Assembly: GCF_000018305.1 (NCBI RefSeq)
Contig: NC_009954.1
Location: forward strand, 1,800,001 to 1,832,000
DNA length: 32,000 nt
Origin: Caldivirga maquilingensis IC-167
GTDB taxonomy: Archaea; Thermoproteota; Thermoprotei; Thermoproteales; Thermocladiaceae
Reading direction: 5' to 3'
Below the pieces are notes generated by a model that was not told the DNA's origin, did not search any database, and saw nothing but the letters and a program-made list of their open reading frames with translations. Below, piece by piece: positions 1-7,932 of the stretch. Both the position numbers and the translations under genes were made by a program. Numbering within the stretch: the stretch's first letter is position 1; each line of letters starts with the position of its first letter.

Positions 1-1272
1 CCAATGGCTCCACCCCACTTATACACTTATGTTAATGAGGCTCCCAGTGAATTAATAAGTAATTTAACGGTAATTAACAGTGCACCCATAACGATAGGTA
101 AGGTTAAGGGCAGTGATACACCAGCTAGGTTAGATGCTGAGAAGTTAACCACGCATCACTGTGCAATACTGGCCTCCACGGGTTCAGGTAAATCATGGTT
201 AGCCGGCGTAATTGCGGAGGAATTAGCCTTAACCATTAAGATGCCTGTGGTTATAATAGATCCCCATGGTGAATACTCAAGCATGCAGTACCCGGCTGTT
301 GATGATCCTTTAGCTAATGAGGTAGCGAGTATGGTTAACATATATGTACCTGGTAGGGTTGATACCGGTGAAATAGATAAGTATTACATGGCTAAGTTCG
401 GGGAACCCAGGAGATACATTAGGATTGGCGTTAACCCAAGGAATATGCCCCTAGGAGTCCTAATTAAGCTTCTCACCCATTACTATGGTTTAACAGACAC
501 CCAGAGGAGACTGCTGGAGGAGGGGTGGCCTTATGACCCATCGATAGATGCACCATTAACAACCATAGATGAACTGGTGGGTGAGGTCATTGAGAGGAGT
601 CGGGGTTCAGCCCCTAAGGGTTATGCTGGTGAGTCATCAATATCATCGCTGGTTTCCAAGTTGAGGTCATTTCTTGAGAATAGGCCATTCTTCATAACAA
701 TGTACGGCGAACATTATGGTGATGAACCAATAAGGCTACTTGATGTTGAAAACATGCTTAATAAACCTGGCATAAACGTAATAGACTTATCCACACTTGA
801 TTTAATGGATCAACAGGCATTAGTGGCCTTAATGCTTGACTCCATGTTTAATTTAGCTAAGAGGAGGCGCATAATGCCGACCTTCGTGATAATTGAGGAG
901 GCGCATAACTTCTCACCCTCGAAGGCATTATCCATTAGTAAGTCATCAATACTCAGGATTGCAAGGGAGGGTAGGAAGTTTGGGTTAGGTTTATGCATAG
1001 TGTCTCAAAGACCCTCAAGGATTGACCCAGACGTGCTTAGTCAATGCATGACCCAAATCTTCAAGAGAATAATTAATCCCCTTGATTTAAAGTACGTTGC
1101 CTCTGTTGCTGAGAATATTTCAAGCGATGAGTTAACAACCCTTAAGTCACTTAACCCTGATGAAGCATATGTAACGGGTATGGCTACACCAATACCACTC
1201 CTGGTTAGGGTTAAGGGTAGGTTAACTCACCATGGTGGTGTAACTAGGTGGATTAGTACCATTAATCCTTAA
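1..1272 (+). CDS. HerA/COG0433-type (DUF87) P-loop ATPase, probably 5'-truncated by the window edge
   Basis: The frame is open to position 1. Walker A ASTGSGKS, IIDPHGEY, Walker B FVIIEEAHNF, and REGRKFGLGLCIVSQRPSRIDPDVLSQC typical of HerA-like ATPases. No HAS-barrel-like N-terminus is visible, so the N-terminus probably lies upstream of the window. Confidence 0.8.
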   Translation, partial: PMAPPHLYTYVNEAPSELISNLTVINSAPITIGKVKGSDTPARLDAEKLTTHHCAILASTGSGKSWLAGVIAEELALTIKMPVVIIDPHGEYSSMQYPAVDDPLANEVASMVNIYVPGRVDTGEIDKYYMAKFGEPRRYIRIGVNPRNMPLGVLIKLLTHYYGLTDTQRRLLEEGWPYDPSIDAPLTTIDELVGEVIERSRGSAPKGYAGESSISSLVSKLRSFLENRPFFITMYGEHYGDEPIRLLDVENMLNKPGINVIDLSTLDLMDQQALVALMLDSMFNLAKRRRIMPTFVIIEEAHNFSPSKALSISKSSILRIAREGRKFGLGLCIVSQRPSRIDPDVLSQCMTQIFKRIINPLDLKYVASVAENISSDELTTLKSLNPDEAYVTGMATPIPLLVRVKGRLTHHGGVTRWISTINP

Positions 1273-2241
1273 TCACCTGTGCTCCAGCATGGCTTGAACC
1301 ATCTCATACATCAACCTGAAGCCACTACCCCTGGGTTTGCTTCTACTCATTAGGGTTACCCATGCATTAACCAATGCCCTATACTCGAAACTCATGTAAA
1401 GGGAATCAGGGTATTTTTCAAGTAGGGGGAATTTGGTTTCCCTTAGGAATAAGTAAAGTTCCTCAAGTTCATCCTCCTTAATAACCCTCCTACCGAAGTT
1501 AACCCTCCGCCCAGTTACATGCCTCTCACCCCCACCTGGTAATATTACCTTCCCGTAGGCCGCCTTAATCCTCCATGTTGAGGAATCTGTTGAGTAAACA
1601 CGCAGTAGTTCAAGTGTTGGTGTTATTGATGGGCTACCTAACCCAAGTACGTGAACCCTACCATTGAATTCCTCCACCACTTTAGCTATGAAGGATAATG
1701 CCCTCCACCTACTATTCTTAGGCACATTCCTGGTGACTAAAACGTAAGGTACCAGTCCCCCTATTGCAATCTCCTTAGGGTTATGGTCAATTATGCTCCT
1801 TAACGCCTCTAGGACTATCTCCTCATTCCTATAATAGTGGATTACAGGCATGACCTCTATGTTCTCCCTCTCCAGGACCTTGCTTAACTCATGGTACGCC
1901 TTAATGGTTTTACGGAACTTCCCGAATGCAGTATTAACGTCATCACTCGGTAATGGTGGGTAGTCAAGGGCTAGGTAAGTTGAGGCATCCCAAAAACGCG
2001 AATACACCTTAGCAACATCATCAATCCCTATTTCAACACCCCTGCTTAAGAATTGATAACCCCCTGAATCAACCCAAATCTCCCCACTATGCTGAAGCAG
2101 TGAATGCAATGGGGCGTCGCCGGGGGGTCTTACCTTAAGTAACTCAAAGGCACTCACTATGACTGGTACATTAATAACACCAGTGAAGTCGATCCAAGGC
2201 CTAGGCGTAGCCCTCGGCGGCGTCCCAAGTAAAATCTTCAC
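1273..2241 (-). CDS. Stand-alone TGT-fold protein (tRNA-guanine transglycosylase superfamily catalytic barrel), no Zn site or PUA domain
   Basis: 322-aa ORF with a GTG start. VDSGGYQF motif (compare the TGT catalytic DSGG[FY]Q), IAIGGLVP, HVLGLGSP, YSTDSSTW. No cysteine in the entire protein. Confidence 0.6.
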   Translation of the reverse strand: MKILLGTPPRATPRPWIDFTGVINVPVIVSAFELLKVRPPGDAPLHSLLQHSGEIWVDSGGYQFLSRGVEIGIDDVAKVYSRFWDASTYLALDYPPLPSDDVNTAFGKFRKTIKAYHELSKVLERENIEVMPVIHYYRNEEIVLEALRSIIDHNPKEIAIGGLVPYVLVTRNVPKNSRWRALSFIAKVVEEFNGRVHVLGLGSPSITPTLELLRVYSTDSSTWRIKAAYGKVILPGGGERHVTGRRVNFGRRVIKEDELEELYLFLRETKFPLLEKYPDSLYMSFEYRALVNAWVTLMSRSKPRGSGFRLMYEMVQAMLEHR

Positions 2242-2290
2242 TGGAAGTACTCAGGCCTGGACCTTAAAGTTTCACCCATTTATAAGTCAA

Positions 2291-2824
2291 TTAGGTAAAG
2301 TTAAGTAATTTAAGGCACAGTAGATTAGCGGTATCAACATCACGTGGAGTATCAATATCCATGACTAGGGGTGAGTCGTAATTAACATCAACCCACTCAC
2401 CCATTGATTCATTAAAGAGCGTAACCCCCACGTAGCCTTCCCTACCAATCATGTTGACTACTGGTTTACTTGATTCAATACCCCTTTTAATGAAGTCTAG
2501 TATTATATCCGGGGTTATTAATGGAGTATCAACAGGCATTACAAGCAGTGGCCTAGCCCTAATCAACTTAAGTGCGAAGGAAAGGTCAGTGACGTAATCA
2601 ATACCACTGCTAATGTATACGTCACTGTGAACCTCCTTAAGTATTCTCAATGTATTATAATTACGCATTGATGCGGATGCTATTATCTTATCGATACCAG
2701 CATTAGTTAAGTTATCCAGCACCCACTTAATCATTGGTTTACCGCATATCCTTAATGAACCCTTATCAACATTACCTAACCTACTCCCCCTCCCCCCTGA
2801 CATGATTAATGCCGTAATCCGCAT
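2291..2824 (-). CDS. cobY: MobA/CobY-like NTP transferase (likely adenosylcobinamide-phosphate guanylyltransferase type)
   Basis: 177 aa. N-terminal ALIMSGGRGSRLG..DKGSL..CGKPMI nucleotide-binding signature. Size and C-terminal MDIDTPRDVDTA resemble archaeal CobY as I recall it. Confidence 0.55.
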   Translation of the reverse strand: MRITALIMSGGRGSRLGNVDKGSLRICGKPMIKWVLDNLTNAGIDKIIASASMRNYNTLRILKEVHSDVYISSGIDYVTDLSFALKLIRARPLLVMPVDTPLITPDIILDFIKRGIESSKPVVNMIGREGYVGVTLFNESMGEWVDVNYDSPLVMDIDTPRDVDTANLLCLKLLNFT

Positions 2825-2946
2825 TCACTTAGTTCACTATGAAAGGGCTTAAAGCGTGTTACGTACTTAAAATTCCCCTTCAGGAGACTATACGACCTTA
2901 ATGGGGCTGCTTGAAATTAATCTATTGCGCATTACCAGGAGGCTTA

Positions 2947-4182
2947 TTATAATGCCTCCATGAGTAGGTAGACTCCAAGAATAATCATGGCAATTCCAGC
3001 AGTCTTCTCAATTAATGATCCTATTGAGGCCACTTTACTAATATTTCTCCTACCTAGGTTAGCTAAGGTGAAGACTATTGAGGCCATGGTTACGAAACCC
3101 AGTGAGAAGGCTGCGGTGGTTAAGACACCCATTAGTATATTGTGTGTTAACTGCGAGGCTAGTATTGAACCCAAGGCCACACCTGCGAATATTGGACCAA
3201 TGCAAGGTAACCATAGTCCCGTTAATACTAGGCCCATTGTTAAATCAGCTAAAAGACCACCGGGCTTCACTTTACCCCCCATGTTCTGAACCCTTGATGT
3301 GAAGGTTATGAAACCCCTGTATAGGGGTGGTATGAGGAATACTAGACCCATTAGAATTAATATAATTGAGGAGACTATGTATAGTGTTGACCTAGTTACT
3401 CCACTAAGCCCAATTAAACTGAGTAGTGAACCTAAGGCTATGTAGAATACTAGGAAGCCTCCGAATAGGGCTATTGGGTTTATCTTCCTGTTAAGGGCCA
3501 TTAATGCAATGGATACTAAGGCTGGTAATGCACAGGGCATTATTGCTGAACCAAGGCCAGCTGCATAGGATAGGGCTAATGTATATATGTTTGTGAATGA
3601 TGCGGTACCCTGCCTTTGCAGTGAAGTACCTATTACATTGGTGTGAACCAGTGATAAAATGTCCATTAATATTTGAGGCGGGTAGGCGCCAAGTATTATC
3701 TCCTTAACGATTAATGCACCATCATTATCGTAGGCTACTAGTAATGTTGGGGTTGCTTGAACTGAGAATGGTACTACTTGAGTCGTATTAGTTCTATACA
3801 CTCTTACGGTCACCTCATTGTTAATTGGTTCAATTAAATAAACAGTCCCATTAATCATAATATTGATGTTAGTTAACGATACCGCTGCCTGGTAATCTAA
3901 GTCCACGTAAATTGGTACATAATGACTCTGAACATAGCTAGCTACCGTGGAGTTACTTAGTACATAGGATTTAAGGTAATTACAGGCAGGGCACTGTGAA
4001 TCAGCGTATATTATGAGGAGGTACTTCCCATTACTATTCATGAGGATACTCTGGAAGGAGCTGGGATCCGTTACCAAGTATGCGTTCACTAAACCAAACC
4101 TAACTACTGATAAGGCATAGGTCAATAAAGCAACCCCTGTAAGCATAGTGAGAAGCATAATCACTACTATGCGTTTCTTCAT
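2947..4182 (-). CDS. Thioredoxin-like ectodomain fused to a CcdA/DsbD-type thiol-disulfide transporter membrane domain
   Basis: N-terminal signal/TM segment, CPAC redox motif (DSQCPACNYLK), then a polytopic domain with the two CcdA-type Cys motifs MPCALPAL and WLPCIGPI. Confidence 0.7.
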   Translation of the reverse strand: MKKRIVVIMLLTMLTGVALLTYALSVVRFGLVNAYLVTDPSSFQSILMNSNGKYLLIIYADSQCPACNYLKSYVLSNSTVASYVQSHYVPIYVDLDYQAAVSLTNINIMINGTVYLIEPINNEVTVRVYRTNTTQVVPFSVQATPTLLVAYDNDGALIVKEIILGAYPPQILMDILSLVHTNVIGTSLQRQGTASFTNIYTLALSYAAGLGSAIMPCALPALVSIALMALNRKINPIALFGGFLVFYIALGSLLSLIGLSGVTRSTLYIVSSIILILMGLVFLIPPLYRGFITFTSRVQNMGGKVKPGGLLADLTMGLVLTGLWLPCIGPIFAGVALGSILASQLTHNILMGVLTTAAFSLGFVTMASIVFTLANLGRRNISKVASIGSLIEKTAGIAMIILGVYLLMEAL

Positions 4183-4202
4183 GAATCATTAAGCAGGATA
4201 GG

Positions 4203-4212
4203 TTATTTAAAA
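4203..4212. promoter_or_regulatory. Shared AT-rich TATA element for divergent genes
   Basis: TTATTTAAAA lies 21 nt from ATG 4182 (minus strand) and 21 nt from TTG 4233 (plus strand). Confidence 0.5.
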
Positions 4213-4232
4213 GCTTTTTTTTCTCCGGAGGA

Positions 4233-4676
4233 TTGACGTTGCGTATGATTATTGATGTAATTTGGGCTAGGGGTCATGGTAACGTGAAGGCTACTCATAG
4301 GAACACCATTGAGATTACTAAGGATGATTACATTACTGAGAGAGGCGACTGCATAATAGCCTGCTGTGCCGATAAGGCTGCCTCAGACTTGGATAATGAC
4401 TTCAAGAAGTTGATTACCAGTGGTTACTCATTGGTTTTAATGATTATTGTAGCTGGTTCAAGCATAGATATTGTGACTGGATTAGGGTTAAGTGGGTTGA
4501 GGCTAACTGATGAGAGGAGGATTATAGTTAGGAGGAGTGGGTACATTGATAACGCCACTATTATGCTTCTTGCCAATAAGGCTGCTAAGGATTTGAATAG
4601 GGATCTTATTAATAAAGCCAGGGATAGTGAACCAATTGAGGTGATTTTAATTGGCTCAGAACTTGAGCAGGATTAA
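4233..4676 (+). CDS. DUF371-like small archaeal protein
   Basis: ARGHGNVKATHRNTIEITKDDYITERGDCIIA matches my recollection of the DUF371 N-terminal signature. Start is either TTG 4233 (21 nt from the TATA) or ATG 4245. Confidence 0.55.
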   Translation: MTLRMIIDVIWARGHGNVKATHRNTIEITKDDYITERGDCIIACCADKAASDLDNDFKKLITSGYSLVLMIIVAGSSIDIVTGLGLSGLRLTDERRIIVRRSGYIDNATIMLLANKAAKDLNRDLINKARDSEPIEVILIGSELEQD

Positions 4677-5385
4677 TAGGGTTAGGGCATTGCTTTACAG
4701 GAAGCTTATTCACTTACTATTATCCATTCTACTGATAGTACCGTTGGTGATTGGGCTTGAGGAAAACTACACTGAGATATACTACACCATACTGTTGATA
4801 GGGGCAGCATTCCTATACATATACCAGGTTAAGAAACCCTTAATATCAGTGGTTATTAGAAGTACCCTTGAGGATGCTAGGAATAATGTTAAGTTAAACA
4901 TACTGAGGGTTGCTGAAGTGCTAAATATGACTAGTGTTAAGGAGTTACTGGCTTCAATGGATAAGCTTGAGTACACCTTTACTGAATTCATTAAGAGTGT
5001 TGAGAGGGATTATGAGAGGAAGTGGGGGTATCTGGGGGTTTTAATGGGTATGGTTGGTGTTTACGTATCCTACGTAATGGTTAACACCTACGCATACTAC
5101 GGGGTGTTGGCATTAATGTTCTATGATACGTTCAGCGCATTATTCGGCTCCCTCATTGGTAGGACTAGGATGCCCTATAGCAGTACGACAATTGAGGGTA
5201 TTGTGATGGGTGCATTAGTTTTCTCACTGGTGGTGGGTGCATTAGTGGGTCTTAGTTACTTAACCTGGCTTTACTTAGTAGGTATAGCTCTCGGTATTGT
5301 TGAATCCTACAGTGGTGAGGATAATTTAGCAATCCCAGTGGCAGCATCATTATTAGCCTACTTCCTAAAATTCCCCAGAATCTAG
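4651..5385 (+). CDS. Polytopic membrane protein, cytidylyltransferase-family-1 / dolichol (polyprenol) kinase-like
   Basis: Several TM helices. The C-terminal YDTFSALFGSLIGRTRMPYSSTTIEG resembles the CTP_transf_1 motif (G..GK....SP.KT.EG). TTG start overlaps the upstream gene by 26 nt. Confidence 0.4.
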   Translation: MAQNLSRINRVRALLYRKLIHLLLSILLIVPLVIGLEENYTEIYYTILLIGAAFLYIYQVKKPLISVVIRSTLEDARNNVKLNILRVAEVLNMTSVKELLASMDKLEYTFTEFIKSVERDYERKWGYLGVLMGMVGVYVSYVMVNTYAYYGVLALMFYDTFSALFGSLIGRTRMPYSSTTIEGIVMGALVFSLVVGALVGLSYLTWLYLVGIALGIVESYSGEDNLAIPVAASLLAYFLKFPRI

Positions 5386-5416
5386 GCTTAAGAACGATTC
5401 AACACTATGTGAGTCC

Positions 5417-6046
5417 CTAAAATAACCTACTATTAGTCATTCTCTTAATAGTCCTCCAACTCCTCCTAACTATTGGTGGTAAGGTGCCATTATTAATCCA
5501 CCTCCTTAAGGCACTTATGGTCCTTGGGTCACTTGGGTAACCGCTCCCGAAGTCCCCGTAGGTTTCCTTAAGCCTACTTATTATAGTGTCCCTAATTACC
5601 TTAGCCACTATACTGGCTGCTGACACTAATGGTATTGACTCATCGGCGTGATTAAGCACTATTAACTCCACGTCCTTAACATTAATGAATCCCCTAAACC
5701 TGCTTGGGTTAGGATCAGGTGAATCCACGTAAACCCTAGTAACCCCGCTACATGCTTTAATAAGCTCACTCATCTTAATAGCCTCAAGCTCGTTCAGTAA
5801 CCCCCTATTAACGTAATAATCTATTTCACTGGGCTCAACAATAACATGCCTAACGCATGGCGCCTTACTCACTATTAGCTTATATAATCTACTCCTTCCA
5901 CTTGGGGTTAATTGTTTAGAGTCCTTAACCCCTATGCCCTCAGCCTCTGAATTACTCCAGCCCACTATTGCTATTACCATTGGTCCTATTACTGGGCCTC
6001 GCCCGGCTTCATCTATCCCTGCCTCAAGACTGTTTACCGTCCCCAT
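5417..6046 (-). CDS. rnhB: Ribonuclease HII
   Basis: GIDEAGRGPVIGPMV, DSKQL, VDSPD, HADESIPLVSAASIVAKV. ATG 6046 is preferred; the alternative GTG 6067 adds 7 aa. Confidence 0.9.
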   Translation of the reverse strand: MGTVNSLEAGIDEAGRGPVIGPMVIAIVGWSNSEAEGIGVKDSKQLTPSGRSRLYKLIVSKAPCVRHVIVEPSEIDYYVNRGLLNELEAIKMSELIKACSGVTRVYVDSPDPNPSRFRGFINVKDVELIVLNHADESIPLVSAASIVAKVIRDTIISRLKETYGDFGSGYPSDPRTISALRRWINNGTLPPIVRRSWRTIKRMTNSRLF

Positions 6047-7244
6047 TAAGCTTAGCCTTAATTCCACTTATTATTATTAATGCCTCATCAAACTTATCCT
6101 CCTCGGCTAATTCCTTTAAGTAAGTGAGGAGGGGCAGCATAATCTTCTTAACAGTGGATTTAACGGCTAACGCTGCGCCATCCTCCTCATTTTTTATTAA
6201 ACCAGCCTTAACAGCCCTCTTAACCTCACTCTCCCCGATGCTTAACCCCCATTTAGTTAATTCACCTATCATACCTTCTATAACCCTCCTTGCAAACAAT
6301 CTCCTGTACTCAATGAGCCTAAGTTCAATTAACCTACTTGCCTCATCTAAAGCCTTCCTCTTACCCTCCCTGATCTCATTCTCAATATTCTTCAACTCAT
6401 CTATTGAAACCACGCCAGGTATTTCCGGATCAACATTCCTAGGTACCCCAACATCAATTATTATTGGTTTACCGCTTAATTCCTCTGCATCCCTTCTACG
6501 CAGTAGGGGATTTGTCGCTGATGTGGCGAAGATAACCACATCACTATCCCTTATTACGCTTCTCAGTGAGTCAATGGGCGCGTAGTTGAATCCATACCTT
6601 AACGCCGCAGCCTTAGCCTTATCAAGAGTCCTATTAACAATTATTACGTTTCTGAAACCCTTTTCAGCAAGTCTCCTAACTATATCGGATCCAATAGAGC
6701 CTGCCCCAATCACGGCGATCCTTGAGTTAAGTCCCCTAACCCTATGCACGTACTCAGCCACTAATGAGCCTATGCTTGCTAACCCTATTGAGATTTCCGG
6801 GAACCTGCTCCTAATCTCCTTCCCAGTCCTTATTGCCCTCTCAATGGTGAATCCCAGTAAACCACCCAATGCCCCCCTCTTCCTAGCATCATTGAATGCA
6901 TCCTCAACCTGACCCAGTATTTCAGACTCCCCCACTGCCGCTGATTCAAGACCAGCGGCAACCCTGAAGATGTGGCGCACAGCATTCATCCCCACTAATT
7001 TATCCACATGATTTATGGTACCCTTAACCTTGTACATATCCTCTGCAACTGAATCATCATCACCGTAGACGTAAACCTCAACCCTATTACATGTCTGAAG
7101 TAGGAATACCTCATCGTAATAGTTCATTAATTTACCGTAAACCTCATCTCTATTGAAGTATGTTTCAGACAGGGTGATTGTGCTAACCCTCTTATGGTTA
7201 AGTGTTAAAGCCCTTATCTTACTCAAGTAATCATCAATACCCAT
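6024..7244 (-). CDS. hemA: Glutamyl-tRNA reductase
   Basis: 406 aa. LQTCNRVEVY (catalytic Cys motif), GESEILGQV, NAD(P) fold VIGAGSIGS. Confidence 0.9.
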   Translation of the reverse strand: MGIDDYLSKIRALTLNHKRVSTITLSETYFNRDEVYGKLMNYYDEVFLLQTCNRVEVYVYGDDDSVAEDMYKVKGTINHVDKLVGMNAVRHIFRVAAGLESAAVGESEILGQVEDAFNDARKRGALGGLLGFTIERAIRTGKEIRSRFPEISIGLASIGSLVAEYVHRVRGLNSRIAVIGAGSIGSDIVRRLAEKGFRNVIIVNRTLDKAKAAALRYGFNYAPIDSLRSVIRDSDVVIFATSATNPLLRRRDAEELSGKPIIIDVGVPRNVDPEIPGVVSIDELKNIENEIREGKRKALDEASRLIELRLIEYRRLFARRVIEGMIGELTKWGLSIGESEVKRAVKAGLIKNEEDGAALAVKSTVKKIMLPLLTYLKELAEEDKFDEALIIISGIKAKLNGDGKQS

Positions 7245-7893
7245 GACTCCTAATCACCTCATTAACGTACTTAACCACATTACCCACATCCCCCTTCCTG
7301 GCAAGTTCAATGAAGTTCTCATCGTATTTAAGCTCAAAGTAAATGTTCATCCTAACATGCGGATCATTAACCCTCTTCTTTATTAACTCCTTAGCCTCAT
7401 ACCAAGCGTTTATTAATGGGTGAAGATCACTCTTAGCCAACTCAGCCTGCAGGTAATCCCTAACTATTGATGCCGCAACCCCACTCTTACCCTCCGTTGT
7501 TACTGCAAACCTTACCCCATTAACCTCACCCTCAAAGGGAACTACTACTTCTGTTTCATTGGCATTGGTCGTATCATTAAAGAGGACACGCCTATCCTTA
7601 ATCATTCCCTTAAGCCTATTCTTAAGCTCAGTGTTAGTTGGTATTGCGTAAATTAGTAGGTTAATAATATTCATAACCCTACTGTAATCAAACATACCTG
7701 CATCCGCTATTATTAAATCAATGTTCCCTGTGGAATTAGCCTTAATAAGCTCACTCGATGGTTTAAGCGCTATAACCGTCACGTAGGCACCTGCCTCAGA
7801 GAACTTAAGGGCCCTCCTCGTACCAACGTAGCCACCACCAATGACCAGCACCCTCTTATCACTGAATTCCACGAATAATGGTACCCTAGCCAC
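7234..7893 (-). CDS. sirC: Precorrin-2 dehydrogenase / sirohydrochlorin ferrochelatase (siroheme synthase N-terminal-domain type)
   Basis: Rossmann motif VLVIGGGYVGTRRALKF..GAYVTVIA. 219 aa. 11-nt overlap with hemA. GTG start. Confidence 0.7.
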   Translation of the reverse strand: MARVPLFVEFSDKRVLVIGGGYVGTRRALKFSEAGAYVTVIALKPSSELIKANSTGNIDLIIADAGMFDYSRVMNIINLLIYAIPTNTELKNRLKGMIKDRRVLFNDTTNANETEVVVPFEGEVNGVRFAVTTEGKSGVAASIVRDYLQAELAKSDLHPLINAWYEAKELIKKRVNDPHVRMNIYFELKYDENFIELARKGDVGNVVKYVNEVIRSHGY

Positions 7894-7932
7894 ACTGGCC
7901 TATAGTTAATTAACTTATAAAACTCACCACCT

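Noticed and set aside
156-998. Minus-strand ORFs of 61 aa and 62 aa
   Set aside because: They are antisense to the HerA-like ATPase gene, whose motifs are intact.
2987-3302. Plus-strand ORFs of 100 aa and 74 aa
   Set aside because: They are antisense to the Trx-CcdA membrane gene, have no promoter context and are Pro/Arg/Leu-rich shadow translations.
6124-6912. Two plus-strand ORFs (153 aa and 108 aa) inside the hemA region
   Set aside because: They are antisense to a confidently identified hemA. Their products are low-complexity (Ser/Leu/Pro/Ile-rich), which is typical of shadow ORFs on the complement of a real gene.
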